Virus record (IMG/VR): IMGVR_UViG_3300033991_000123
Span: 4,506 to 68,505 of that record
Reading direction: 5' to 3' (one strand)
Source of the DNA: a virus
DNA: 64,000 nucleotides
Below the pieces are notes generated by a model. It was not told where the DNA came from, searched no databases, and saw nothing but the letters and a program-made list of their open reading frames with translations. The position numbers and the translations under genes are program-made. Shown here one piece after another: positions 18,528-29,328 of the stretch. Numbering within the stretch: the stretch's first letter is position 1; the number at the start of each line of letters is the position of its first letter.

Positions 18528-19844
18528 ATGCCGCAGCAAATCGTACAGGTTGATTATTCTCCGTTGCAGGCCGCTGGCCGGGCTTTTGGGCAAATTCCCG
18601 GACAAATCGCGTCGGGCATCGCGCAATATGAAAAGTCGGGCAAAATAAATGCCCGCAATCAACAGTTGTATAACGAGGCGGTTAATTTCTTTAATCGTGC
18701 CGGTGTTGATTATGACCCGGAATCGTTGCGGCCACAACCCGGAGAAGAAAATTACGAGGAACGGGCGAAAAAAGCTACTGTTCCCGTGGTGGGGCAATTG
18801 GCCGCGCGAGGGGTTGATGTAAAAGCGCTTGTTGATAAACTCAAAGCGCCTACTATCGCGTGGGATCAAATCGATTTGCTTCTGAAAACTCAGGCGGGAC
18901 AAAAACGGCAGGAAGCGATTACGACGGCCACGGGCGCGGCACTGGGGCCGGGCCGAGCCATGAGTGAAGCGGAAGTTGGAGCCATGGGCATTTCAAAATT
19001 ACCGGCGGAACAGTATGCGGCAATGCTTACTGAACCGGCAACTTTTGGCCGCGTGTTTGGCCGTCCCGCCCCTAAAACCGAGTCTGAATTTTACGGTCGC
19101 GCAGCCGAGGAATTTGGAAAATTACCCGACGTTTCAGCGGAAGATATCGCGGCGAATCCTTCGTTTGCCTTGGCGCAAAAACAATTTGGCGCGAGAACCG
19201 AAGAATCGAAATACGCTGCGGCGCAGGATGAAAAAACCCGGCAAATGCGCCTAAAGATGGCAATGGATATTTGGGATAAAGTCAAGGCAGGCAATAAAGT
19301 TTATAAAGCCGGAACCCTGGTTGATAAGCCCGAGTTTTACGATATTTTCGAAAACCCCGAAGTGTATTCAGTTGAAACCGGTGTCGCCCCACGTGCTCCT
19401 GGTGGGCGTGGAACCGATAGGGATCGAATTCCGGCATCACTCGAACAGGCTAACAGGGCTGAAACGCAGCTTAATCAGTTGCGTAGCGGTCGCGATATGC
19501 TCGGAAATAAAATCCCCTATAACGAAGATGAGTACCGCGCAAAACAGAATGAAGTTGCAATGTGGAAGTTGGCTGGCGATCTAGAGGTGAGAGATAAAAC
19601 GTTTGACGAAGCCTACACCATGGCAACCCGTGCGATTGATATAAATATGGTTATCGATGAAGCAAAGCCAAACGAACCGGTCGTTTATGATGAAAGTGGA
19701 AAAGTACAGGGGTTGAACTGGGCTAACGCAAAGGTCCGCCAAGGTTTAATTGCGGCCGTTTTGGCCGGTGGTACTGCTGCCGATGTTTTGTCAACCATGC
19801 GTAAATTGCGAGGGTTGAATCCGCCGCGATTAGTTGCCCCTTAA
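18528..19844 (+). CDS. Putative ejection protein
   Basis: VDYSPLQAAGRAFGQIPGQIASG N-terminus, Ala-rich helical; GAGGAG SD. Confidence 0.55.
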   Translation: MPQQIVQVDYSPLQAAGRAFGQIPGQIASGIAQYEKSGKINARNQQLYNEAVNFFNRAGVDYDPESLRPQPGEENYEERAKKATVPVVGQLAARGVDVKALVDKLKAPTIAWDQIDLLLKTQAGQKRQEAITTATGAALGPGRAMSEAEVGAMGISKLPAEQYAAMLTEPATFGRVFGRPAPKTESEFYGRAAEEFGKLPDVSAEDIAANPSFALAQKQFGARTEESKYAAAQDEKTRQMRLKMAMDIWDKVKAGNKVYKAGTLVDKPEFYDIFENPEVYSVETGVAPRAPGGRGTDRDRIPASLEQANRAETQLNQLRSGRDMLGNKIPYNEDEYRAKQNEVAMWKLAGDLEVRDKTFDEAYTMATRAIDINMVIDEAKPNEPVVYDESGKVQGLNWANAKVRQGLIAAVLAGGTAADVLSTMRKLRGLNPPRLVAP

Positions 19845-19865
19845 ACCCAGGCGATAAAAATAATT

Positions 19866-22800
19866 ATGGATTATTTAACTGATCTCGAAAAACAAATTGC
19901 GCAGTCGATGGGTTACGCTCCGGAATCGGGTGAATCAACGCCCGAACCGTCCATACAAGAACCGGGTAAGAAATTTACATTTACACCGGGTGTATTAAAG
20001 TGGGAAAATACGATCAATCAACATTTGCAGCAACAGCCAAATGTAGATTCCGATCTCGTAAAAGCGGTGATGCAACAGGAGTCGGGTGGACAAAACGTGA
20101 CCTCGCACGCGGGTGCGCATGGGCCTATGCAGCTAATGCCCGCTACCGCAAAGCGGCTCGGTGTTGATATAAATAATCCGGAAGAAAACGTCAAAGGGGG
20201 CATTTCCGAGCTATCGCAACTTTTAAAAGAATTCGGTGGTGATAAACGCAAGGCCCTTGCTGCGTACAACTGGGGCGGCGCTCGTAAGGCATTTAAAGAA
20301 CATCCGAACGATTGGGAAAATTATTTACCCGAAGAAACAAGTGGTTATTTACAAAAAATCGGCGCAATGGTTAGTCTTGGGAAGCCCCAAAACATTGAAG
20401 AAATTATCGCCCGCTCAATGGGTCTTGAGTTGCCGAAGGAAGAAGGAGCGGCGGCACCGGTTACGCCCGAAACCGATTCTGGATTTCAGCAATATTTGCA
20501 AAAGTACGGTGTGAAAGATTTTGGTGATCCTCGCAGTCATTACGATTATTATGCCGCGTATAAAGCCGGTGCGATTCCGCAAAAGTGGTCTGAAGCACCC
20601 GCAGCGGATCGACAAGAAGATGTGGCACAGGGTCGATTTGCCCCTGGTGGAGATATGCAGGGGGCTTCTCCGGATCAATACATGTGGCCTGATGAGTATA
20701 AACTACAAGGGCATCCAATACCGCCCCGTGCCCCCGATCAAATAAATATAACACAACCGAAAGCTCCAAAAATACCCGAGCGCATTCCGCTTGATTTCAC
20801 CAATTACGGGAAAGACCCTTCCGAAATAAAGCCTCCGATGCCGGACGTTACCACGGAGGAGGGGTTACGGCAAAGCGTAAAAGAGGCCGGTCCGATTGAT
20901 GCTTTTTTTGCGGAAATGGGTCATGCCATGTCGTTCGCAAGTGATACGGACGCCGATAAAATCAGGCAAGAGCTATTTCCAGCTTCAGCAACGGTAGGCA
21001 CGGGTGTTGGGATGGTTGCCCCCGCGTTGATCCCAGGTGGTGTATTTACAAAACTGGCAAAATTGCGTAAGATCGCCCAGGTTATCGGTAAATACGGCAA
21101 GGCGGGTAAAGCGGCTTTTGATGCGATGAGTCGTATGTCGATAACAGGCGGTGATTATGCGGTTCGAAATCGAGACGCGCTTTTTTCGAATGATCCTGCG
21201 GTGCGCGAAAAGGCCATCAAGGGGCTAGTTGCCGCCCTGGCCGCTTCCGGTGCCTCTGTAGCGCCGGAAATTTTAAAAAGCGGATGGTGGCAACCGATTT
21301 TGCAGGGGCTTACCGCTGGCGCTACAAACGTCGCCGCGCAAAAGGTAACAGGGGAAGACCCTTTATCTACGGAAGCGGCAGCGAGTACAATTTTTCAGAC
21401 GGTTTTGTCTGGTGTGTTTGGGCTAGGGATGGCGAAATCTGGCAAGCCAAGCATTAAAAAAGGCGAGGGCGAAGCGTCGATAATTCCCGAAAAGTGGGAA
21501 GGGGCGGCAACGCCGGAGGAGATGGGGGCGCGGCAACGTGGGGTTACCGAAGCATCTGTAAAACAGCAGAACGAGCAATTTCAACAAGAGGCGCAGCAGC
21601 GATTTGCGAAAGAAGAAGAAAGTGCGGCGGAAATAGCGCAAAGGGTTAAGGGTATTGAAGAGCAACAACGACAGAGGATGAGGGAAACCTTTTCGTTGTC
21701 AGAGGGTCGAGAGGCACGACGAGCGACCGTTGAAGAGGGCATGTATTCGGCTCCGCCTTCCGAAGAGCAGGTTTTAGTTAATCAGATTAAAGAAAAATAC
21801 GGTGATGCTCGACCGACAAAAAACCAGGTGATGCAGGATTTTGGAGTAGGAAAGCGCGAAGAAGCGGCAGCGCTAATAAATAAAGCGTATGGTTTACCAC
21901 AACAACCAGAAGGAGGCTTAAATGTACAGCAAGAAGAAAAAGGGCGGATGCAAATAGCTGATGTTCCACGTGAACAAACAGTATCGGAGCCGCCGAAACC
22001 GGCGGCTCTTGCTACCCCTGAACCGCAACCAATGGTGAGTGGAGTTGAGGGCAAAAATATAACTGTAGAAAATCCTGATCCGCTTCTTGGGGAATTGGGT
22101 TTTACAAAATCAAATAAAAGTATTGATTTTGATAATGTAGATAAAGATTTATCGACGGGAACAATTTCTGATGGATCAATTGCCGTAGTAGATTTAACCA
22201 ATTTAGGGAAACTCAATAAGGCCGTTGGGCATGATGAAGCGGATAAAATCATTAAAGAGGTTGTATCAATATTGAATAAACATATCGATCCGCTTGGTTC
22301 GCCAACAACGCAAATTCGTAAAAATAGGACCGGCGGCGACGAGCTGACTATTATCGCTCGTAATATTGCTCCCGACAAGTTGGATAATGTCCTCTATGCC
22401 GCTAGAGATGAAATCGATGCTTTTGTTGCAAATAAAGAAATCGATTTTCATGGAAGAAAAATAAGGCTATCGCAACTTGGGCATGCCAAGGAAGACGATT
22501 TGGTTACCGGATCAATGACTATCGATCCGGGTGTTGCGGGAATTAAAGAATTTGAAAGCGCAAAAGGGGCTGCTATTGTTGCCGATAAGCGGTCATACGC
22601 TCATGCGGCAGAGAGAAAAAGGGCGGCGGCGCAAAAAAGTCTTGAAAATGGCGTGGAATTTGTTTATAATACAGAGGAGGGGCAATACCGCCAATTACCC
22701 GCCGTGGTTGGCAAAATAATTAAAGAAAAGATTCGTAATGGCGAATGGGATGCAAGCGCACCCTACGGAGTTCTGGAACAAAAAGCCCTTGAATTAATAA

Positions 22801-25607
22801 ATAAAGGTGGAACCTATGAGCGTATCCGACCGGTACAGGCATCAACACAAAGAGGTGATGCAAGAATTATCGAAAATAGGGTTCCGCCCGAAATCTCCGA
22901 ACCCGCAGCAGCCGCCCAGCGTGCCCCCGAGCCAGTTTCAGCAGCCACAACCGCCGCAGAAGCCCCGCGAACAGAAGAAAGCCGCATAGGGGTTTATACC
23001 CCAAAGCCAGAACAAATTGAGCCTGCGAGGCCCGTTCCGGTCGCAACGGAGGCGAAAGCCGAAGGGAAAACGAACCAGGAACAGGCCCGGGCTATTGAAG
23101 CGCCCGAAGAGGGTAAGCGCTTAACTCCTGGCGACGTGAAACCTGATGAAGAGCCGAACCCGCAACTAATGGGCGGCGTCTCCCCTACCAATTTGCCGAA
23201 GTACGTCCAGCATTTCAATATTGAAAAATCGCCGGATATGGATAATCGGCTTTTGCTGGCGAAGCAAGCCGAACAATATGCCCCGGTAATCCAGGCGGCG
23301 CGAGATGTGCCGGTGCGGCGGTGGGATGAAGTTACACGCCTGTCGCAGCAAACCGGCGTTTTGGCCCGAGGTATCAACCGGCGGGTTGGAAAAGCGTTAA
23401 GCGATCGCGAATTGCGGGCAATTAACGATCATCTCGAGCAAGTGACGGACGATTATAAAAACGCATTAAAACAGTTTGAAGGGCAAAGGGCACAAGGGAA
23501 AGTTACCGATAACGATCGCATTGCTCTAGCTGAACTGGCAAATTATCATGCTTTCGTTTTGGCCCAAGCTACCGGAGCGAATTCCGAAGCTGGGCGTGCG
23601 CTTGCTATTTTACGCCAAATTCGCAACGCAAAAAATCAGGCGGAATCCCTGGCTGACTTATCAGAACAAATCAAAAATGGCGGGTTTGACGATAAGGATA
23701 TTACGAAGCTGGTAAATTATATTAATAAATCGAAAGACCTGTCCGCTATCAATAAAGCGCCGTATTGGAAAAAAACACTTAATTCGATGTATGAGATTTG
23801 GTTGAATTGGGGGTTGTTATCGAATCCCGTAACGCATACGGCCAATATCACTTCAAACGCGCTTACTTCCCTTATTCGTACCGCAGCCGAAAAACCGGTT
23901 GCCACACTGGTTGATCCATTTGTAGCCCGCATACAAAAACGTAAAACCGAACGGTTTATGGGTGAAATTTTCCCCGAAGTACAAGGGCAACTCACCGCTA
24001 TTACAAGAATTTTTGGGGCCGGGAAAACCGGGCTTGATCAGGGCGGCATCAAAACGATGATCCGGGCGATCGGCAGGGAGTTCGAGCAAGTGCAAGGAAT
24101 GTTTGGCGAAAAAATTGAATATCCTGCACAAATAAGGGGGCTCGCCGGTGAATTAATTCGTGGTCCCGGCAATGCTTTGCAAGCAGGAGATTTGGTTTTT
24201 AAGAAAATTGTTTACGAAGGTGAAGTTTTATCGCGAGCATACCGACAGGCCAGGATTGAGGGGTTGCGGGGTGGTGCCTTTAAGCGTCGCTCGGAGGAAC
24301 TGGTTAAAAAAGTCGCCGATCCGGCAACGGAAGATAAAATAGCCGCGCAGATACGCAGAGCGTCGATGCAGGAGGCGCAGTACCGCACCTATACACAGGC
24401 GCTTGGTAATATTGGCAGAAATATAATGCGTACGCGAAATGCTATCCCAGGCGCACGATATATCGTACCGTTTATTCGTACCCCACTTAACATTTTAAAA
24501 TACGGTTTGGAGCGTTTGCCGGGAACTGGCTACTTAACATTATATAAAAAAATTACAAGCGGGGAAATAAAAGGTGCCGAGATTTCCGACCAAATAGCAA
24601 AGTTGATCGTCGGGCACATAATGGCGATTCCGATGGTACTAGCGGCCCGTGCCGGAATAATCACGGGGTCGGGGCCGGAAGACAAGAACGAACGGAAGGC
24701 GCTCGAGGCGTCCGGTTGGCAACCATACGAATTTAAGCTCCGTGATTTGGCATATAGTTTTCGCCGTCTCGAACCCCTAGCCACGATATTAGGAATCGCC
24801 GCCGATTTTGTTGAAATAGCCCGTGCCACAAAGGATGAAGATAAGTTATCGGGACTTGCCGCCCAATTGGCCGGATCGATTGCAAAAAACATTACTAGCA
24901 AAACCTTTACCGAACAGGTCGCGCAATTTTATAGCGCAATCCAAGACCCGGAACGATATGGGACGGGATTTGTCAAGCGATTTGCTACGTCTTTGGTGCC
25001 CGGTGTTGTTCGCGGCGTCGCGCATTCAATGGACCCGCGCTATCGGGGCAAAGAGACGTTAGGAGAATACGTACAATCGGTAATTCCCGGAAAAAGCCAG
25101 GAACTTCCACCCAAACGCGATGTGCTTGGCAAGGAAATCGAAAAGGAAGGCGGCTTTTTGTGGAATTTCGTTGTGCCTATTCGGGTACGGAAAAACAAAA
25201 GTAACCCAGTTTTGGGTGAAATAAACCGGTTGCGCGTGCCCTTGTCGATGCCGTCAAAAAAAATATACGGCCAGGAATTAACAACAAAACAGTTTGACGA
25301 GTATGGGAAAATCGCGGGAGAACAAACGTATAAATTATTGGAGAATTTGATCAATAGTCCATCATATAAAAATATGAACGACAATTTGCGCTCGGAGTTT
25401 ATCAAAAAAAAGGTTGCTACCGGACGCGATCAGGCTCGAAAAATACTGAGCGGCAAATATAAATTTTCAGCGATATCCAATATTGACAAAGCTCTTGAAC
25501 GTCAAGGTTACACTGGCGAAGAGTTGCGTCAGCAACGGGAGTTGTATTTGAAAAAAATGGGAATATCAGTCGATGAAGAAGAAGATCGTACAAATTATGC
25601 CGAATAG
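19866..25607 (+). CDS. Large polyvalent ejection protein: SLT lytic transglycosylase + GGDEF-like domain + C-terminal large-polyvalent-protein-type helical region
   Basis: AVMQQESGG / GPMQLMPATA / ALAAYNWG; VVDLTNLGKLNKAVGHDEADKII...RTGGDELTII; PFIRTPLNILKYG, ITGSGP. Confidence 0.8.
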   Translation: MDYLTDLEKQIAQSMGYAPESGESTPEPSIQEPGKKFTFTPGVLKWENTINQHLQQQPNVDSDLVKAVMQQESGGQNVTSHAGAHGPMQLMPATAKRLGVDINNPEENVKGGISELSQLLKEFGGDKRKALAAYNWGGARKAFKEHPNDWENYLPEETSGYLQKIGAMVSLGKPQNIEEIIARSMGLELPKEEGAAAPVTPETDSGFQQYLQKYGVKDFGDPRSHYDYYAAYKAGAIPQKWSEAPAADRQEDVAQGRFAPGGDMQGASPDQYMWPDEYKLQGHPIPPRAPDQINITQPKAPKIPERIPLDFTNYGKDPSEIKPPMPDVTTEEGLRQSVKEAGPIDAFFAEMGHAMSFASDTDADKIRQELFPASATVGTGVGMVAPALIPGGVFTKLAKLRKIAQVIGKYGKAGKAAFDAMSRMSITGGDYAVRNRDALFSNDPAVREKAIKGLVAALAASGASVAPEILKSGWWQPILQGLTAGATNVAAQKVTGEDPLSTEAAASTIFQTVLSGVFGLGMAKSGKPSIKKGEGEASIIPEKWEGAATPEEMGARQRGVTEASVKQQNEQFQQEAQQRFAKEEESAAEIAQRVKGIEEQQRQRMRETFSLSEGREARRATVEEGMYSAPPSEEQVLVNQIKEKYGDARPTKNQVMQDFGVGKREEAAALINKAYGLPQQPEGGLNVQQEEKGRMQIADVPREQTVSEPPKPAALATPEPQPMVSGVEGKNITVENPDPLLGELGFTKSNKSIDFDNVDKDLSTGTISDGSIAVVDLTNLGKLNKAVGHDEADKIIKEVVSILNKHIDPLGSPTTQIRKNRTGGDELTIIARNIAPDKLDNVLYAARDEIDAFVANKEIDFHGRKIRLSQLGHAKEDDLVTGSMTIDPGVAGIKEFESAKGAAIVADKRSYAHAAERKRAAAQKSLENGVEFVYNTEEGQYRQLPAVVGKIIKEKIRNGEWDASAPYGVLEQKALELINKGGTYERIRPVQASTQRGDARIIENRVPPEISEPAAAAQRAPEPVSAATTAAEAPRTEESRIGVYTPKPEQIEPARPVPVATEAKAEGKTNQEQARAIEAPEEGKRLTPGDVKPDEEPNPQLMGGVSPTNLPKYVQHFNIEKSPDMDNRLLLAKQAEQYAPVIQAARDVPVRRWDEVTRLSQQTGVLARGINRRVGKALSDRELRAINDHLEQVTDDYKNALKQFEGQRAQGKVTDNDRIALAELANYHAFVLAQATGANSEAGRALAILRQIRNAKNQAESLADLSEQIKNGGFDDKDITKLVNYINKSKDLSAINKAPYWKKTLNSMYEIWLNWGLLSNPVTHTANITSNALTSLIRTAAEKPVATLVDPFVARIQKRKTERFMGEIFPEVQGQLTAITRIFGAGKTGLDQGGIKTMIRAIGREFEQVQGMFGEKIEYPAQIRGLAGELIRGPGNALQAGDLVFKKIVYEGEVLSRAYRQARIEGLRGGAFKRRSEELVKKVADPATEDKIAAQIRRASMQEAQYRTYTQALGNIGRNIMRTRNAIPGARYIVPFIRTPLNILKYGLERLPGTGYLTLYKKITSGEIKGAEISDQIAKLIVGHIMAIPMVLAARAGIITGSGPEDKNERKALEASGWQPYEFKLRDLAYSFRRLEPLATILGIAADFVEIARATKDEDKLSGLAAQLAGSIAKNITSKTFTEQVAQFYSAIQDPERYGTGFVKRFATSLVPGVVRGVAHSMDPRYRGKETLGEYVQSVIPGKSQELPPKRDVLGKEIEKEGGFLWNFVVPIRVRKNKSNPVLGEINRLRVPLSMPSKKIYGQELTTKQFDEYGKIAGEQTYKLLENLINSPSYKNMNDNLRSEFIKKKVATGRDQARKILSGKYKFSAISNIDKALERQGYTGEELRQQRELYLKKMGISVDEEEDRTNYAE

Positions 25608-25643
25608 AGATAGGATTATTTTAACCTAAAAGGAGAAACTATC

Positions 25644-26207
25644 ATGGCTACGCTTTTAGAGTTGGCGCAGGAAGTAGAAACTACGTATCAGGGTTCGTTG
25701 AGTAATTCGGTTGTAGTGTGTCGCCCGCAAATGGGACAACCTTTAAGTGACACGAACTATCCGTTTTATAGAGAAACGGGTAGCGTCGATGAATTCGCCC
25801 AATCTGGGCTTATTCAGGGATACATTATAGTTAAAGCGAAAACATCTTCCGCTGGCGATATCTCAATGTTGCAAATCGGATGCGTAAAGCGCCAAAATAA
25901 CAATAACGCGGAATTAACCACGGAAGGTAGAAAATTTTTAGATGATTACAAAAAAAGTTACCGTCCGTTTGATACTGAGGACGGATCGTTGTGGACCCAT
26001 GTTTTGAATCATTTCGCGACTACCCGGAACTTGCGATTTGTTGTAAAGATCGATGCAATTACCGGCACTCCGGCCAGGGGGCGGGTAAATGGTTTGCATT
26101 TGGTTGGCGATGGAATTACCGATACGACGGCCTATAATGAATATTGGGCATTTGAAGCGACGGCCCCTTATGACACACCGGGAAATATTAAATCGTGGAA
26201 GTATTAA
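25644..26207 (+). CDS. Hypothetical protein
   Basis: AGGAG SD, 187 aa. Confidence 0.7.
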   Translation: MATLLELAQEVETTYQGSLSNSVVVCRPQMGQPLSDTNYPFYRETGSVDEFAQSGLIQGYIIVKAKTSSAGDISMLQIGCVKRQNNNNAELTTEGRKFLDDYKKSYRPFDTEDGSLWTHVLNHFATTRNLRFVVKIDAITGTPARGRVNGLHLVGDGITDTTAYNEYWAFEATAPYDTPGNIKSWKY

Positions 26208-26218
26208 TGAGGTAATTT

Positions 26219-27802
26219 ATGGCTATACGCACATGGAGTAGTGCCGGTTCTACCGACATGAACGATGGAGCAAATTATTCTGGCGCGGGCGCTTTGCTGG
26301 CTACAGATGATTTAGTATTTGATGGCACATCCGTTATAAATGCAACGGCAACGGCGGGGCTATCGGTACAAAGCGTTTCCATCGTTGCCGCATATACGGG
26401 CGCTTGGTCTATTTCCGGGCAAACGCTTACCGTCGCACTCGGATTTTCGGATGACGGGGGCGGGGGTACGCGGAATTATGGGAATGGGATTACGGCGAAC
26501 GGGGCGAGTTCAACGGTACATTTTGGAAGTACGCTCGGGGCGGTGACGGCAACGAGTTGCGTGTTGACGATGAACGGTACTACGGCGATGGTGTTGGATG
26601 ATGATAAGGGGATTACATTCAAATCACTGACGCTTGGGGTGGCTGCGGTTGTAACGAGCAGTGGTGGGGCGCAAAGTACATTATCATTTGGAACAGGAGC
26701 CCCATTAACAATAGGAGCTAATGCAACATTTACAGTTAATAGAGCGCTTTACGTAATTACAACAGGCGGAAATGATATTCATAATATTGGTATTGGTGCA
26801 ACATTTAATGGCACCGCACAGATTGATTGGCAATTAAATGGAGGTGCTATTGGTGCAAATGTTCCTGCAATCACATACACTGGTAGCGGTACACAAGTTT
26901 TTAGAGTTTCTTCCTCCGGAACGCAGGGTTTTACTTTTACAGGTCATCAAAATTATGGAACTGCTACAGTAAGATTTCGCGGAAATCAATCAGGTGCAGT
27001 AACATTAACATTTAATTTATCTACATATAATTTAATATGCGGGACATTCCAGTTTGGCAACGATGCTGCTGTGACGGGAACTGTTGTTTTAAACGCAGGT
27101 TCCGGCACACATTCCGTATCGGTTTTCGACGGTGCAACTGTTAATGGAAATTTAGGCACAACTAATGTTAACCTTCAATCCTCCCAATGGTCCTGTTCCG
27201 GCAGTTGGACCTTTGGTTCCAATCATACCGTCAATCCCGGCACTTCCACCGTCACCATCACCAACACTTCCACCGTCACATCAAACGGTAAATCCTTCTA
27301 CAATTTCGTTATCAACGCCGCAGCCCGCACCATTACCCTTTCGGGTGCTCTCACCATTGCTACCGGCGGCACTCTCACAGTAACCGCCTTTACCGCTTTT
27401 GCCGGTAACCAGTATATTATCTTCGCAGGTTCCGGTTCTATCAGCATCGCAACCGCAGTTTCAAACCGTCTCCGCACCGCCGTTGCGGGCAGCACGATCA
27501 CCTGGACTACTGGCACGAACATTTGGACCATTCCCGCGTATACGGCTAATGATTGGGGCGGTGACGCCTCTGCGGATGTCGCATGGCGCTCTTCAACGCC
27601 GGGAACCCAGTATCGCATTCTCGCTCCCGCTGGCGTTGTGGTGAGCAATATGAATCCGCAAGACAATCTGAACTCCGGAACGGACATCAACGCGATGGAT
27701 GGCACCAGCAGGGACGGCGGCAATAATATTGGTTGGCTGTTCCCGGCAGGCGGGAGTGCAAGAATTTCGCGTTCTCGAATAGCTATTTCGACGGGAATAT
27801 AA
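26219..27802 (+). CDS. Putative fibre/adhesin-like beta-solenoid protein
   Basis: Gly/Thr/Ala/Ser-rich beta repeats, DGGNNIGW near C-terminus. Confidence 0.65.
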   Translation: MAIRTWSSAGSTDMNDGANYSGAGALLATDDLVFDGTSVINATATAGLSVQSVSIVAAYTGAWSISGQTLTVALGFSDDGGGGTRNYGNGITANGASSTVHFGSTLGAVTATSCVLTMNGTTAMVLDDDKGITFKSLTLGVAAVVTSSGGAQSTLSFGTGAPLTIGANATFTVNRALYVITTGGNDIHNIGIGATFNGTAQIDWQLNGGAIGANVPAITYTGSGTQVFRVSSSGTQGFTFTGHQNYGTATVRFRGNQSGAVTLTFNLSTYNLICGTFQFGNDAAVTGTVVLNAGSGTHSVSVFDGATVNGNLGTTNVNLQSSQWSCSGSWTFGSNHTVNPGTSTVTITNTSTVTSNGKSFYNFVINAAARTITLSGALTIATGGTLTVTAFTAFAGNQYIIFAGSGSISIATAVSNRLRTAVAGSTITWTTGTNIWTIPAYTANDWGGDASADVAWRSSTPGTQYRILAPAGVVVSNMNPQDNLNSGTDINAMDGTSRDGGNNIGWLFPAGGSARISRSRIAISTGI

Positions 27803-27804
27803 TT

Positions 27805-28803
27805 ATGGCGCTGGACCTTGGGGAAACATGGGTTGATTTGGGGAGTCCTGACGCAACACAATTTAATGTTTTTGCCGTGGCTTCGCTTGGAGGCTCGGTT
27901 GTGGTTGCGGGAACAGGTCCGGATGCGAAAATTTATCGCTCTAGCAACTACGGGTTAAACTGGGTAAATTTAGGTGCACAGGCCGGAGAACAGTCAATAT
28001 ATTCCCTCGCCTCGCTCGGGGGAGGAATAGGATTGGCCGGGACATGGCCGTCGGGGAAAATACTACGGACCACGAACTATGGGATTACGTGGACGGATTT
28101 AGGCAGTCCCGATCCAGGAGAAATATACGTTCTTTCTCTTGTTTCACTCGGGGGAGGAATAGCGTTGGCCGGAACGGCTACTAATGGGCATATTTATCGG
28201 TCTACTGATTATGGCTTAACGTGGGTGGATTTAGGCAGCACCGGAGAATTTGGAATATATTCCCTCGCCTCGCTCGGTGGTGGGGTAGCGTTGGCCGGGT
28301 CAGCGACCAGTGGCGTATTGTTTCGGTCTACTGATTATGGCGCGACGTGGGTAAACATGGGTTCCCCAGGATCAATGTCGTATATGTTCGCTCTTGCCAA
28401 TCTTGGGGGTGGAATTGCATTGGGCGGCGGGATGCAAATTTTCATGGGTGCGTTTGATAAAATGATACGATCCACAAATTACGGTTTAACGTGGACGGAT
28501 TTAGGCAGTCCCGCCGGTGATGTATCCATCAGCGCTCTTGCTTATCTTGGTTATGACATCGCAGTTGCAGGAACAAGCGCAAATGGGAAAATATTACGAT
28601 CAACAGACCTTGGGGCAACATGGGCGGATTTGGGTCCACAATATGGGGAAATGACCATAGAAGATATAGCGTATGTTAATAACGGAATAACGGTTGCGGG
28701 TACAGCCGCGAGTGCGAAAATATTACGATCGGTCGGCCATTTACCCGTAGTTATTCCAAAAAGAATTTTACAATCTCGTATTAAAATAGCGGGTGGATTT
28801 TAG
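27805..28803 (+). CDS. Asp-box (BNR) repeat beta-propeller protein
   Basis: About 7 repeats of RSTDYGxTWxDLG, visible also at DNA level. Confidence 0.8.
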   Translation: MALDLGETWVDLGSPDATQFNVFAVASLGGSVVVAGTGPDAKIYRSSNYGLNWVNLGAQAGEQSIYSLASLGGGIGLAGTWPSGKILRTTNYGITWTDLGSPDPGEIYVLSLVSLGGGIALAGTATNGHIYRSTDYGLTWVDLGSTGEFGIYSLASLGGGVALAGSATSGVLFRSTDYGATWVNMGSPGSMSYMFALANLGGGIALGGGMQIFMGAFDKMIRSTNYGLTWTDLGSPAGDVSISALAYLGYDIAVAGTSANGKILRSTDLGATWADLGPQYGEMTIEDIAYVNNGITVAGTAASAKILRSVGHLPVVIPKRILQSRIKIAGGF

Positions 28804-28812
28804 GAGGCATTT

Positions 28813-29328
28813 ATGGGTAGCAAACCTATCGATAAAACATTTGACCTTAAACCGGGCTGGCAAAAAGCAATTTTAGCGTTATGGGAATCGGGCGCGACGG
28901 ATGAAGAGGTCCGTGCGTGGATTCAAAAGCAACGCGGGTTTATTAACGATTACATTTTCGATTATTGGCGCGAAAATGTTCCTGAGTTTGGCAAGGTATA
29001 TGAAAAGGGGCAAGTGCTTAAAAAGGCATGGTGGATGCAGCAGGGCCGGGAGAATATCGGCAATTCCCGGTTTAATACTCCCCTATTCATGCGTATGCTG
29101 TTTGCCACATGCGGCATCCGTGGCGAACCGAAAGTTGTCGAAAACCGCAAATATAGCGCAATTGATTTAAGCCAGCTTGGAACTGACGATTTGGAATCGC
29201 TGCAAAAAATAATGGAAAAGGCTAAAAAGAAAGAACAAGAACAAGCGCAACAGGAGGAGTACGGAGAAATAGCCAATGCTCGCATCGCAGTATTTAGAGG
29301 CGGCCGTAAGCAGCGGTCTATCGCTTGA
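28813..29328 (+). CDS. Terminase small subunit (putative)
   Basis: Immediately upstream of TerL; WW..QGR...FNT motif as in P22 gp3-like proteins; IDLSQLGTDDL. Confidence 0.65.
   Translation: MGSKPIDKTFDLKPGWQKAILALWESGATDEEVRAWIQKQRGFINDYIFDYWRENVPEFGKVYEKGQVLKKAWWMQQGRENIGNSRFNTPLFMRMLFATCGIRGEPKVVENRKYSAIDLSQLGTDDLESLQKIMEKAKKKEQEQAQQEEYGEIANARIAVFRGGRKQRSIA

Noticed and set aside
19866-20400. Endolysin / lysis cassette
   Set aside because: The SLT domain is part of a giant virion protein; no holin-endolysin pair was recognised in this window (it may lie outside).
26219-28803. Diversity-generating retroelement target
   Set aside because: No reverse transcriptase and no template/variable repeat pair differing at adenines were seen in the window.
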